Source of the DNA: an uncultured Verrucomicrobiae bacterium
Lineage (GTDB): Bacteria > Verrucomicrobiota > Verrucomicrobiia > Palsa-1439
Length of the DNA: 64,000 nt
Reading direction: 5' to 3'
Assembly: GCA_963812605.1 (NCBI GenBank)
Contig: CAWEWF010000010.1
Coordinates: 96,001-160,000, forward strand
Shown: positions 9,571-21,342 of the stretch, one piece after another
Layout: each line of letters starts with the position of its first letter
How positions within the stretch are numbered: position 1 is the stretch's first letter
Notes under the pieces: generated by a model
The model's input: the letters and a program-made list of their open reading frames with translations, nothing else
What the model was told of the DNA's origin: nothing
Database searches by the model: none
Made by a program: the position numbers and the translations under genes

Positions 9571-11114
9571 TCTTCACACGCTGTCGCGGGATAGTGGGGG
9601 CGTTTGCCGCGGCGGGGTTTGCGCTGCTGTGTCTTGTCGCGACGGCTGCGGAGACGACAGCGCCGGCGGCGAGTTGTTTTACGCGTTCGTATGACCAGCG
9701 GAAGCATTACATTTCCCCAAGTCCGGCACAACGTTGGGGCCTGTTCCGGCTCTCGGACCACATTTCTATTCGCGTCGCCACCCACTCACCGGTGCGTGTC
9801 TTCACGCTGCGCGGCCAGACGGTGTATGAAGGCGCGCCCGGCAAACTGCCACAGCTTCCTGTCGGTCATTATTTCGTCGAGACGGACGGCGACCGCTCGC
9901 AATTTGCCGTGTTGCCCGACGATTATGCCGGGGCGTCCTTTTTGGGGATGGCATCCGACGCGGGCAACAACTCATCGATCACCGCGAAACTCAAGTTGAT
10001 CGAGCCCGCCTGGGTGCGGGTGTCGAACGAAGGCCTGTGGGAGGTTGTCCAGCCGTTGTCTGGCATGTGGGAATGGGACGAGCTGGATCGCGTGGTGCAG
10101 GTCAATCCCGGCCGGCGCATTATCGTAAACGCCTTTCACCGCCCGGCGTGGGTCAACGACGAGAGATTCATTCCGTTATTCACCGAGTATATCAAACGGA
10201 TGGCCCGCCGTTACCGCGGAAAAATTTATGCGATTGAGATTTGGAACGAACCTTACCACGTGACGGATGATCCGCCGGCGCGCCTCCCGCATGTCTCGAC
10301 GACACATGACATGGTGGATTTCTACACAAGATTGCTCCGCGCCTCCCGTTTCGCCATTCAATCCGTCGCGCCCGAGATGAAAGTCTTCGGTCCGGCCTTT
10401 TCCGGTCCCCTGCAAATTGAGACGGAGGAATTGGCCAACGCAGGGGCGATGAACGACCTTGACGGCTTCAGTTGGCATGACTATCGGCTGGGGGGATTTG
10501 CTCCGGACACGGATTATCCAACTTGGAAGCGTGCCGACCAGTATCTGGATCGACTGCGGGCCCTGGCGCCGTTGAAGCCGTTGATCGTGGATGAATTGGG
10601 ACTCTGGAATGAGAGTCCCCTGGGGACTTTGAATTTGAAGGGGGGCGATGGCGTCTGCGATTGGAAGACGGCGTTTGACCGCGCCATCAGGATGACCGTG
10701 ATGCTTCGGGGTGGCGGTGTGGAGTGCATCATGCCCCATAATTTCGCCGGTGGCGGCGGGCACAAGCTCGACGGTTTCGATCCGGCGAACCGCGGACCTC
10801 AGCCAAAAAGCTCGGCCTTTCTCATGACGTGTTACTGGTTGAACGGCGCGAAGGCGGCCGGTCGGCGCGTCGTCGATGACAAGACCTTTTTCTACGCGTG
10901 GACACGTCCCGACGGCACCACGCTCGTCTTCGCCTGGTGCACGGAGGGACACACGATCGGTTTTCATGCGGCCAGTGCCTGGAGAACCACCGACATCTTC
11001 GGGCAGGACGTAGTGGCGCAAACACTCAGTTCGGAGCCGGTATTGATTTGGGCGGCAAAGAAGGACAGTCCCGCGCTGACGCTGGATACGGTGGCGGCGG
11101 CGCTGGGACAATAA
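9567..11114 (+). CDS. Secreted clan GH-A glycoside hydrolase-like protein, paralog 2
   Basis: Signal peptide; RWGLFR, GHYFVETDGDRSQFAVLPDDY, AIEIWNEP, LIVDELG, PKSSAFLMTCYWLNGA, all shared with paralogs 1 and 3. Confidence 0.8.
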   Translation: MIFTRCRGIVGAFAAAGFALLCLVATAAETTAPAASCFTRSYDQRKHYISPSPAQRWGLFRLSDHISIRVATHSPVRVFTLRGQTVYEGAPGKLPQLPVGHYFVETDGDRSQFAVLPDDYAGASFLGMASDAGNNSSITAKLKLIEPAWVRVSNEGLWEVVQPLSGMWEWDELDRVVQVNPGRRIIVNAFHRPAWVNDERFIPLFTEYIKRMARRYRGKIYAIEIWNEPYHVTDDPPARLPHVSTTHDMVDFYTRLLRASRFAIQSVAPEMKVFGPAFSGPLQIETEELANAGAMNDLDGFSWHDYRLGGFAPDTDYPTWKRADQYLDRLRALAPLKPLIVDELGLWNESPLGTLNLKGGDGVCDWKTAFDRAIRMTVMLRGGGVECIMPHNFAGGGGHKLDGFDPANRGPQPKSSAFLMTCYWLNGAKAAGRRVVDDKTFFYAWTRPDGTTLVFAWCTEGHTIGFHAASAWRTTDIFGQDVVAQTLSSEPVLIWAAKKDSPALTLDTVAAALGQ

Positions 11115-11133
11115 ACAGTTCCTGGATTGGCAT

Positions 11134-12295
11134 GTGACGACAACCAAGCAGAACAAGAAGTTCGTTCAGCAACTGCGGAAGATCGGGCCGGTTTACGGTT
11201 TCATGCTGCGCGTTCGCCGCTGGATCGTGAATACCTGCTTGGAATGTCTTCGCAGAATATCCCTCCGCAATCCGCGTTTTGGGCCGGCCCGGGGATTCTT
11301 CTCCGCGTATGAACAACTCCGCGAACGCCGCGCGCCGGGGCGGGTGGTTTTTGAGTCGCAACCAGTGATCCCGGCTGGCCCCACTTCGCTGCGGACAAAA
11401 GCTGCCATGGATCAGCAGGGTTTCCAGCCCTGGCCATTTTTTTGGTGTTCGTGGGACCAGGCGCGGCTTGTCGGGCGCACATTGGTGGCAATGGACAAGG
11501 ACAAGCGCATTTGTTTGGAGGGAGCCTACGGCTTGCATTGTCTCCGGGATGATCCGGCTTATCGGACAGTTGTCCTACCGCCGCCTACCCGGCTGGAGGG
11601 GAATTGGACGAGTCTTGTCTCGAAGTGGACCTTATCGTCGAACTTTTACCATTGGTTCCTGGACGCCCTGCCAAGACTGGCGGCGCTCGATAAATTGCCC
11701 GGGGACACCGGGATTCTTGTTGCTTCTGGGATCGGAGGCTACGCACGAGAGACACTTCAGTGGCTTGGCCTGGAGGGAAGGTATCGACTGACCCACGAAG
11801 AGCACCTGCTTGTGGAAAGTTTTCACTTTGCCTCCCCGACGGCCATGACCGGGTGCGACAACCCATATGCGACCACCTTTTTACGGAATGTCTTTCTCGA
11901 GCCGGGCCGACAAGACGTTTGCCCCGCCGAAACGGTTTTATATTCAACGAGTCGGCAAGGGGCGGGGAGTGCTTAACGAAACCGAGGTGATCGCGTTCTT
12001 CCACGACCGTGGTTGGGGAATCGTCGACCCCGAGGCGTTGACACTGGCGCAGCAGATTCAATTGTTTTCACAGGCTGAGGCGATCTGCGGCGCGCACGGA
12101 GCCGGCTTGACCAATCTTCTTTGGTGTCAGCCGAGTTGCCGTGTCGTCGAGTTGTGCGCTGCGAATTGCCTCAACGGTTGTTATGAGGGGATCGCGCAAT
12201 CTGTCGGCGTCGATTACCAGTACTTGATCTGCCGGGCCGACGAGGTGTTCCGCGCAGTAGTGTCTTTGGAGGAGCTCAAGCGCGCCATCGGGTGA
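11134..12295 (+). CDS. Glycosyltransferase family 61 (DUF563) protein (frameshift near 11900)
   Basis: NFYHWFLDALPRL; after the shift YIQR...RGVLNE, EALTLAQQIQLFSQAEAICGAHGAGLTNLLWC. Confidence 0.85.
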
Positions 12296-12316
12296 TCGAC
12301 GCCAGAACGCTGGAGT

Positions 12317-13147
12317 TTAGCCCTTGCCCTTTTCCGCGACGATTACCGTCAACCACGTGTACCGGCGCAGCGAGGGAAAATGGCGGAAGACCCATTCGTC
12401 GATATTTTGCAGCCGATGCAGCAGTTGGGGATGGTACTTGCCCTGGCGCACTTCGTCCATCCAGTAAGGAAACGCTTTGCCGGAAAATTTCAAAGAGACA
12501 AAGCGCATCGTAAACAGCGCGAGAGACACCAGATGATATTCCCGGTGATTGAGCCGGCCGAATTGGCCCGCCAAAAAGTCAAAGTCACGCTGTTCCAGCG
12601 GGCGTTCATCGGTCGTCCGCAAGTCCGTGGCGAAAAAACGGTAGACTTCGCTGAAGATGCTTCCTTTTTGCGGTTCCAGGAAAACGCCGCGTCCGCCGGG
12701 CTTCATCACGCGAACGATGCTGGGCACGGCTTGCGGCATGTCCAGGTGATGCAGAACGCCATCGGCGAAAATGAGGTCGAAGTAATCGTCGGCGTATTTC
12801 ATGTCCTCAACACGGCAAACCTGGGCGTGCACCCGCTCGCCGACGCCGCGGTGTGTTGCCAATGCGGTCGTCACGGACACCATCTTTTCCGAAACATCCA
12901 GGGCGTGGACCTCAGCGCCGGCGAGCGCGAAGAACACGGATGTGTCACCCTGCCCGCAACCGATATCCAAGACCCGTTTGCCCTGTAAATTGCCGAACTG
13001 CTCGAGAACGTAGCGGTTCTCCAGACAGGTTGGAGCAAACACGTTTTGGGGCGCCAGGCGCTCCGGGGAAAGCTGCTCGGCGTAACGGTCGTAAAACCGG
13101 CTCTCCGCGCGGGCCCGGTTGATTGGTTCGCCAGTCTCCAGAGGCAT
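12317..13147 (-). CDS. Class I SAM-dependent methyltransferase
   Basis: VLDIGCGQG, ALDVS, FDLIFADGVLHHL, MKPGG. Confidence 0.9.
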   Translation of the reverse strand: MPLETGEPINRARAESRFYDRYAEQLSPERLAPQNVFAPTCLENRYVLEQFGNLQGKRVLDIGCGQGDTSVFFALAGAEVHALDVSEKMVSVTTALATHRGVGERVHAQVCRVEDMKYADDYFDLIFADGVLHHLDMPQAVPSIVRVMKPGGRGVFLEPQKGSIFSEVYRFFATDLRTTDERPLEQRDFDFLAGQFGRLNHREYHLVSLALFTMRFVSLKFSGKAFPYWMDEVRQGKYHPQLLHRLQNIDEWVFRHFPSLRRYTWLTVIVAEKGKG

Positions 13148-13256
13148 AGTAATCATCAATGATAGTGCGCGTTCGCGACGGCAACAACCTCAATTGTCAC
13201 GTGGCGAATAATTCTCTTTATCATCGTCGGGCCCGGTTAGTATAGTCGCTTGATTC

Positions 13257-14165
13257 GTGAGCGTGGCCCTGACAATTGTTATCCCGGTCTACAACGAGGA
13301 GGCCAACGTCGATCCCCTGCTGGAGCAGATCGCGAGGACCCTGCCGGGATTGCCATCACCCGCGGAAGTGGTGATCGTAGATGACGGCAGCGCCGATACG
13401 ACGGTCCCCAAATTGATCCTGGCGAAAAAGAAGTATCCCTGGCTGAAAGTCATCGAACTGCGTCGCAATTTCGGCCAGCACGCCGCGACGTACGCCGGGT
13501 TTGACCATGCGAAAGGCGAGATTGTCGTGACGTTGGATGGCGATCTCCAGAACAATCCCGCGGACATTCCCAAGCTGCTCAAGAAAATGGCCGAGGGGTA
13601 CGATGTGGTCTGCGGTTGGCGCATGGATCGTCATGACCCGTTTCTTTCGCGCAAGCTGCCTTCGCTGATCACCAACTATCTCATCCGCAATGACGCGCCG
13701 ACACCGATTCATGATTACGGTTGTTTTCTCCGGGCCTACACCAACGTGGCCGCCAGGGAGTTATCGCATTATTCGACGTCGCGCGGCTGGTTCCCGGTGC
13801 TTTTTTCCAAACTCGGTTTCAAGGTCAGCGAGGTCGCTGTCAGCCATCAGGAACGTCCAGGCGGCGAAAACTCCAAGCACGGGTTCTTTGTCCGGCTGGA
13901 CCAATTCATGTCGGTTTTCATGGGCGCGACAACGAAGCCGTTCCAATTTGTCGAGGTGATTGGCATTGCCGCCGTGGGGCTTGGCGGAGCGGGTCTGCTG
14001 GCCGGGATGGTCATCCGTTCCTGGCCGCTCGGCGTGTTGTCCGCTTCGCTGGGGCTGTGGGGTTTTTCGGTGACGATTACGGGGATGGTTGGCGAATACC
14101 TCGTGCGCATGAATTACGAAATGGGGCGCAAGCCAAAGTACCTGGTGCGCACCGTCCACGAGTAG
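13257..14165 (+). CDS. ArnC/GtrB-like polyprenyl-phosphate glycosyltransferase (GT2)
   Basis: IPVYNEE, DDGSAD, RRNFGQHAA, TLDGDLQNNPADIP, DYGCFLRAY; two C-terminal TM helices and GEYLVRM. Confidence 0.9.
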   Translation: MSVALTIVIPVYNEEANVDPLLEQIARTLPGLPSPAEVVIVDDGSADTTVPKLILAKKKYPWLKVIELRRNFGQHAATYAGFDHAKGEIVVTLDGDLQNNPADIPKLLKKMAEGYDVVCGWRMDRHDPFLSRKLPSLITNYLIRNDAPTPIHDYGCFLRAYTNVAARELSHYSTSRGWFPVLFSKLGFKVSEVAVSHQERPGGENSKHGFFVRLDQFMSVFMGATTKPFQFVEVIGIAAVGLGGAGLLAGMVIRSWPLGVLSASLGLWGFSVTITGMVGEYLVRMNYEMGRKPKYLVRTVHE

Positions 14166-14198
14166 CGACGCCTCCCGGCAAACCCACCGACCCTGCTT

Positions 14199-15090
14199 AT
14201 GACCGACGCCAATCAATCATTTCCCAGCAGTTGGCACGTGCCTGAGGCCACGAGGACCCTTTACAACGGCCTGCGCCGACACCTGAAAATGTTATTGCGG
14301 CTGCCCCCGAAACCGGAAGCCCCGGTGGTCAGCGGCCCGATGGACATCGCAGTAGCCCGTTACCACCAGATCTGCTCCCGGCTCCTGGAGGAACTGGGTC
14401 CGAACCCGGTGCTGACCGACAAGGTGATGTGTGAAGCCGGGGCGGGCGACGGACTGGCAGTGGCGGCACTCTTGATTAGTTTGGGAGCCTATAAGGTCCA
14501 TCTGGTGGAATTAAATCCCCCGGTGGCATCGCTGCGGCAAATCGAGATCCTCGAACAACTGCAAAAACGAGGGTCTGCCGCTGCGTCCCGACGCCGTCCT
14601 GGAGTCGCAACCGCCGCGCTTGAAGGATGCGGTCGTGTACCATCAATGTTTCATGGAACAAATGGAAACGGTCGAAGCTTTCGATTTGATTTTTTCCAAC
14701 TCGGTGCTTGAGCACGTCGAGGACGTGCAGACATTCTTTGGCCGCTGTTTTCGCTCGCTGAAGCCCGGTGGCCGCATGGTGCATTGCATCGACCTGGGAG
14801 GTCACGGTTCATTCGAGGATCCGATGCCACCCCTGGAGTTCCAGATCTACCCGGACTGGCTGTTTTGGCTGATGTCTCCGCCGTTTAACCGTGCGACCCG
14901 TCGGGCTGTCGGCGAATACGTCCGGTTCGCCAAAGCCGTCGGGTTTACCAACATTGTCGTGAAACCCACCCGCCTGGCCGACTCAGCGTACTTGGAAGCG
15001 ATTTGGCCGCGCTTGAATCGCAGGATTTGCCGCGCGGGCAAAGCGGAAGTAGCGGTCGTGGAATTCGTTCTTCTGGCCGATAAGCCCTGA
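14199..15090 (+). CDS. Class I SAM-dependent methyltransferase (frameshift near 14570)
   Basis: EAGAGD in the first frame; FDLIFSNSVLEHV, LKPGGRMVHCIDLGGH in the second. Confidence 0.8.
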
Positions 15091-15101
15091 GAACCACTGC
15101 G

Positions 15102-16283
15102 TCAGCGCCCCGCTGATTTCTCTCGGCAGATCGATTCGTAGACCTCGAGCGTTTTCGCGGCAACGACCCGCGGCGCGTACTCGGCCAGAGCCCTGGCGTG
15201 ACCCGCGGTTCCCATCGCGCGACGCAGGGCTTTATCCGGGAAGAGGCGGCCAATGGCTTCGGCAGTTCACGGGATCCCGGCTTCACCAACCAGCCGGTTT
15301 TGCCTTCGTCCACCCAGTTGGGAATCCCCGCCACCCGCGTGGGAAATCACGGGCACTCCCGCCGCCAGCGCCTCGCCGATGCACATGGGCATGTTTTCCC
15401 AAAACGATGGCAGCACCAAGAGATCACTTTGAGCCGCAAGTTCCTGGGCCACGCGAACTTCCCGGTGAACTCCCAGCCATTCAATCTGGTGGTCTACTTT
15501 AAGTCCACGGCCCGTTGGCTGACCTGCATTTTTGTCCGTCCCCGTCTGCCGGTCCAATGACGCGGAGCACGAGGGAATCTCCAAAAAAGAATCCCGCAAT
15601 CGCCCCAAAGCTTCCACGAGGTGAATCAACCCCTTCCGTGGTTGAATCGCCCCGACATAGTAGGAGGGTGATCGGCCGGCCTCCGGGGGCCGGCTGGACT
15701 TCGAAGAAACACGGGGCCATCGCGTTCGGGATTCGGAAGGACCGTGCCGGGCTTTTGGATTCGCGAAGGAAGTCTTGAACGTCCCGGCTGATGGAAATCA
15801 CGTTCCGGGTCCTGCGCACGACGAATTTTTCCACCCACCGCGGCACATGATTGAGCGAGAAGAACGGTGGCGGTGTGACCTGATGCACCCGGGCCATGAT
15901 TCCGTGGAAGGTGATGACGTGTGGGTACCGGGAGGTCACGGCCGTCAGCGCGCCCTCCGCTTCGGTCCCTTGTCCGTGGACAATCTCAGGCTGGATCCGC
16001 GCCAGTTCTTTCCAGAGCAAATGCCGCCGCCAGAGAAAGAGAGTGGCACTACCCGAACCCGGTGGGTATGGCACTCGGTGTACGGTCCCAAATGGGCCAT
16101 CCTCGACTTTTACCGAGTTGACCTCACTTGTACTCACAAGGATGTGAACATCCCGCAGGCCGATTTCACGTAAGCCGCGCAAGAGATTCAGTCCCGCGAG
16201 AGCAGATATGGCATCAAGTGCGCGGGCCGTTCAAGTCCGCGAATCAAATAAGTGTCGAAGCCGCCCACTAACGCAACGCGCAT
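15102..16283 (-). CDS. GT4 glycosyltransferase (several frameshifts)
   Basis: Starts MRVALVGGF; fragments PEIVHGQGTE, VITFHG, IPNAM, DLLVLPSFWENMPMCIGEALAAGVPV, TGWLV. Confidence 0.8.
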
Positions 16284-16495
16284 GTTTTGTAGAAGACGGC
16301 GATGGATTTGTCAGTCATTTTAGCAAATCGGCTGTTTAACAATACCGGCAGTGGCACCAAACTGAGAGGCCACGTCGACGCGGCCGAACAAATAGAACTC
16401 GCCGCAATGTCTTCGCTTCCGATACGCTAGCGATGATGGTAACTGCCAGTCCGGGGAGTCGAGGAGATTATCGGCGAAGATGCCCATGCTGTCAG

Positions 16496-17622
16496 TTAGA
16501 ATGAGGTGCGCGCCCTCTCGAAGAGCGCGAGGTACTGATCGACCATGTGTGTCATTGAGAAATTTTCCAGCGCCCGCTGCCGTGCCTGGGTGGCATATTT
16601 CATGAAGTCCGGCCCGGTGACTCGCAAAACACCCTCCGCCAACGCATTGGTGTCGCCCGATGCCACCAGCCAGCCGGTTGCGCCATGCGAGACAATTTCG
16701 GGGATACCACCTGCCGTTATAGGCCACCACGGGCCGGCCGCTGAATTGCGCTTCAGACGATGACGGTGCCGAAATGGCTCGGTCGGATCGGTATGCACCA
16801 GAACCTGCAGTTGTTCGACCATGCCCGGGCTGCCCTTCATCCCAATAACCGTGCAGGATGAACCGCGAATCCAATTTCTCCCGTCTCGATGGCCGCGCGC
16901 AGGTCCGGCAAGGTAGCGGCCCATCTCCAAATACATGCAGCTTGAAGTCCAGTACCGGAGCCAGAGTTTCGCGCCACCTCAATGAGTTCCAACGGCCGTT
17001 TTCCCCTTTCGACAAGCCGGGCGATGAAAACCCAGGTGCCACGGAGGATCTGGCGTTGGCAGCGGCAATCGGGCCAGCGCCGCCTCATGCAGCCCGTGCA
17101 ATGGGTGGATGATTTGGAGACGTTGCGGGTCAAGGCGGGGAAATTGCTGGCGGATGATCTCCGCCGTGGCGCCCGAAATGGCGACAATATGGGTTCCAGG
17201 ATCTGTCCAGTACACGGGCGACCGCCGCTCGTCTTGGCGCGACCAGCCAGGCCTGCGGGTTGAGGTCCAGCGCCATGCATTGTTCATACTAACGGCACAT
17301 GGACTTTTTGGCAGGCCGAAGTAAAGGCCAAAAACATTCCCATGCGCCGAGACGGCCTGGATTTGGTGTTCACGCATGACACGGGTCAGCAAACGTCTTG
17401 CGGCCAGGTGGGGCTTGATGCGGGACCGGTGGAGATCAAAAAAATAATAAGGCCATGTCCGTGGGGTAAATTTGGCCCCCGCAATTCGGGTGCGTTGTCG
17501 CAGGCCCCGACCAGCACCACGCGATCACCGCGCTGGTGCAGGTGCAATGCCAGGCCCAGCGCGAAGCGTTCCTGGCCTCCTACTGGTTGGGCGACGTAAC
17601 TACTCCAGACGAGCACGTTCAT
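16496..17622 (-). CDS. GT4 glycosyltransferase (several frameshifts)
   Basis: Starts MNVLVWSSYVAQPVGGQER; C-terminal GGIPEIVSHGATGWLVASGD...FSMTHMVDQYLALF. Confidence 0.75.
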
Positions 17623-17629
17623 GCGATGG

Positions 17630-19184
17630 CGCTGTGGGTGGCCCCGCACTTGTACTGGCGCGCGCGTCGTTTTCACCGCAGCGTTTGGGCTTCAATTCAT
17701 CACGCATACTATGAAGAAGTCGCAGGCAGGAGCTAACGTTGAAGAGCAGATCGGGCAGGTAGGCGTCGTAACCGCCGAAGATGAAGGTATAGTGGATCGG
17801 TCCCCAGATCAATTGAATCGCGAAGAAGATCGCGACGGGAAACAGCGGGGTTCCCTGACACTCCTTAACGCATTTGTAAGAATAAACGGCGGCGGCGATG
17901 GAGAGCAGGTAAACCAGCACGAGCCCGCAGAGGCCGACATAGCGGATGGCGCTGAGCGGCCCGCTGTGAAATGCGCCGGTAAGCGTGACGAACTCGTTAT
18001 AATATCCTGGCGCAGCGCGACAATAAGATCCTGGATATCGGCGCCGAAACCGTCCCCAAACCACCAGTCTTTGATCGAGCCGTCCTCGATCACTTTCTTC
18101 CACAGGGTAAAGCGCCATGTCGAGCTACCTTCCGTATCCGTGATGACGGCATCCGACCATTGGCCCGGGAATAAACGCGAGCGACCGTTGGACGGGAGTG
18201 GGTAGTTGATATCGTTGACCGTAGGCCAGCGTCCCCAGAAGCAGTGTACCGATGAACCCGGCCACTAGCATTCTCGCCAACGCCTGTGCAACCAGCCGCC
18301 GATCCATAGGGCGGCGATCTCCCGCCACAACAGCAGGTTGCGAAACCCCGTGGCTAGAATGCAGACGATCGCCAGCAGCATTGCGTAAAACCGGGCTCGT
18401 CGCGGATCAAACAAAGTGATTGGCGAATAGTAGGCACAGAGGAATAACATCAAATACAAACCAAGGTGCCTCAGCCCCATCAACCGCTGAATTCCTTGAA
18501 AGATGGCCATCGCACCAGTGGAGCCGTAGTCCAATCCCGAGTACCAGCTGCTAAGTGTCGATCCGACTGAGGGAACAATGAAGGCCAACACATTTACGGC
18601 ACTCAGTAGAAATGCCGTCGCCAGTATCAAGGGGGGAACGGGCGACGCAAGGGCCAGGGAGCCTGGGACTCGAATGTCCACCCAATAGGCCATCACCTCA
18701 GGCGATGTTCAAAATGGGGCGCCCGCCGATGGTCTCCGAGCCGAAGATGGCAAAGCCGACGGGGTGCTTGATAAAGGTGAAGGCCAGGTAAATGAGATTG
18801 AGCCCTACGAGAAAATCCAGCACGTGCGGTTTGGGGCGCAGGTTTTCATGCGACAATACCCGGTACGCCACGTAGGAGGTAGTCGCCAGCAACACGCCCA
18901 GGTCCCGGAACGGCAAGCGGTATCGGCAGTTTGTATATGCTTCCCGTCAGGATCCAGGTCAACGGAATCAGGATCCAGGCTTTTCGCTGCATTCCAAAGG
19001 CGACGAGGATGACAATCCGCACCCCCACCAGGCACATCAGGTAAAAGGTCTGTCCCTCGCCCAGCCAGTCTCCAATAATCACGGCGAGCGCGAGTCCCAC
19101 CACCAACGTGGTGAGCCGGGTCACAAACGCCCTCACCATTGGCGGGTTGTGAAGATCGTCAGTAGAGATGCCCAGCAGTTTCAT
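17630..19184 (-). CDS. Wzy/O-antigen-ligase-like polytopic membrane protein (many frameshifts; 3' end approximate)
   Basis: Successive hydrophobic fragments; WWFGDGFG and FHSGPLSAIRYVGLCGL fit the Wzy_C/WaaL loop motif. Confidence 0.7.
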
Positions 19185-19394
19185 GAACGAAGACAAACTG
19201 TACAGCGAGTATTGTGCCACCGCAAGCCCGACTAGAAGCGCATGCTGTGCCGGGTTTTCCAATTGAATGACGGCACCACCTGTGGGATAATAAGCGCGGG
19301 TATCGGACTGTCTGGCGACCCTTCCGCCCGAAGAGCGGCAAACAACCTGCTCTTGCAGGTAATGAGTAGTAAACCGACGGAGTAAATGACCATA

Positions 19395-20426
19395 ATGAAA
19401 TCACAAAAACTTGTTGTCTGCGGAGCCTGTGGATTTTATCGGCGGCCATCTGGTTGCCGAGCCCTGAGGCAGGGTCATCGGGATATTCGTGCCGTTGATC
19501 AAAAACCCTTTCCCGAATGGTATCAGCGCCACCCGTGGGTTGAGAATCTGCAGTTGAATCTTAAGGAGAGCCTGCTGGTGGTGCCGGTAAGCAGTTGGGG
19601 GTGGGGCTAGTCGTTTACAATCTCGCGGCCGACATGGGTGGCATGGGCTTCATCGAGAACAACAAGGCTTTGTGCATGTTGAGTGTCTTGATTAATACGC
19701 ATTTATTGATGGCCGCCAAAGATGCGCGGATCGAGCGATTCTTCTACAGTTCGTCTGCCTGTGTTTACAATGCCACGAAACAGACTTCAGCGGACGTGGT
19801 CGCACTCAAGGAAGAAGATGCGTACCCGGCCCCTCCCGGAAAGATGGCTACGGGTGGGAAAAATTGTTCAGTGAGAGAATGTGCCGCCATTTTCGCGAGG
19901 ATTTCGGTTTGGTCACGCGCGTGGCGCGCTTTCATAATGTTTATGGACCAGACGGCACGTATGATGGCCGGTCCGGGAGGCGCCCCCGCTGCGATTTGCC
20001 GCAAAGTCATTCAAGCCCGGCGCAGCGGTAGCGATGAGATTGACATTTGGGGCGACGGCAGCCAGACACGCAGCTTTATGTACATCGATGATTGTATCAA
20101 GGGAGTACTGGCGATCTTGAACAGCGATATCATTGAGCCGATCAATTTGGGCAGTAGCGAAGCTTCGGTCACCATCAATCAACTCGTTGACATCGTGGAG
20201 GACATCGCCGAGGTCAAGCTCAAGCGTCACTACGATCTCTCAGCCCCCAAGGGTGTTCGCGGCCGCAATAGCGACAACACCCAGGATCAAATCGCTGCTG
20301 GGATGGGAACCGAACATTCCTTTGCGTGTCGGAATGGAGAAGACCTACCGCTGGATTTATGATCAGATGTCGGCGGATCGCCATCCTGTGCAAATGCTTC
20401 GCAGCCTGATGATGCCGCATTGTTAA
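19395..20426 (+). CDS. NAD-dependent epimerase, GDP-mannose 3,5-epimerase-like (frameshifted)
   Basis: GACGF; YNLAADMGGMGFIENN, FFYSSSACVY, EDGYGWEKLFSE (alternate frame), APAAICRKV, IWGDGSQTRSFMYIDDC, PKGVRGRNSDNT. Confidence 0.88.
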
Positions 20427-20440
20427 TAAGCGGCTTTCCC

Positions 20441-21272
20441 ATGCAGTTTTCGATCATTACCCCCAGTTTTCGCAATTCCGACTGGCTCAAGCTCTGCGTG
20501 GCTTCCGTGGCGGATCAGAAAGGCGTCACGTTAGAGCACATTGTCCAGGATTCCGTCTCGAATGACGGAACCCTCGATTGGTTGCCAACGGATCCTCGCG
20601 TAACGGCATACATTGAAAAAGATGAGGGCATGTACGACGCCGTGAACCGCGGGTTGCGCCGGGCCAAGGGCGATTTGCTGGCCTATCTCAACTGTGACGA
20701 ACAGTATTTCCCGGGCGCGCTTCGCGCTGTTTACGATTATTTTCAGGCCAACCCCAAGGTCGATGTGGTCTTTGCCGACACCATCGTCGTCGATCAATCC
20801 GGCAAATTCCTCGCCTGCCGCAAGGCGGTACAGCCTCTGAGGCATCATGTCCCGGGCCAGTCATCTCCCGACTTTTACCTGCGCCACTTTTTTCCGCCGT
20901 AGCCTGATTGACAAGCATCAGCTTTATTTTGATACGCGCTGGCGTGACGTAGGTGATGCGGATTGGGTGCTGCGATTACTGGGCTTGAAAACGCCGACAG
21001 GAATCTTGCGCTACTACACTTCGGCCTTTACCCGGACCGGTGAGAACATGAATTTCAAGCCGAACGCGTTACGGGAGAAGAAAGAACTCCACGATTCCGC
21101 GCCGGCGTGGATGCGGTGGGGGCAACCCGTGATTGTTTTGCAACACCGCCTCCGCAAATTGTCGACAGGCGCCTATTCCCAGAAGCCGTTCCAGTACGCG
21201 ATTTACACGAAATCGAATTCAAAGGCACGAACAACTGTGGACGTCAAGCGCCCTGCTTTTCTCTTGGGCTAA
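20441..21272 (+). CDS. GT2 glycosyltransferase (WcaE-like; frameshift near 20845)
   Basis: FSIITPSF, EKDEGMYDAVNRGLRRAKGDLLAYLNCDEQY. Confidence 0.88.
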
Positions 21273-21342
21273 TCCACGATGAAAGCTCTTCTTCCAGAGA
21301 GCTGTAAGTACGGATGCTGCGGAATCGTAGAAAGCTTCAATC

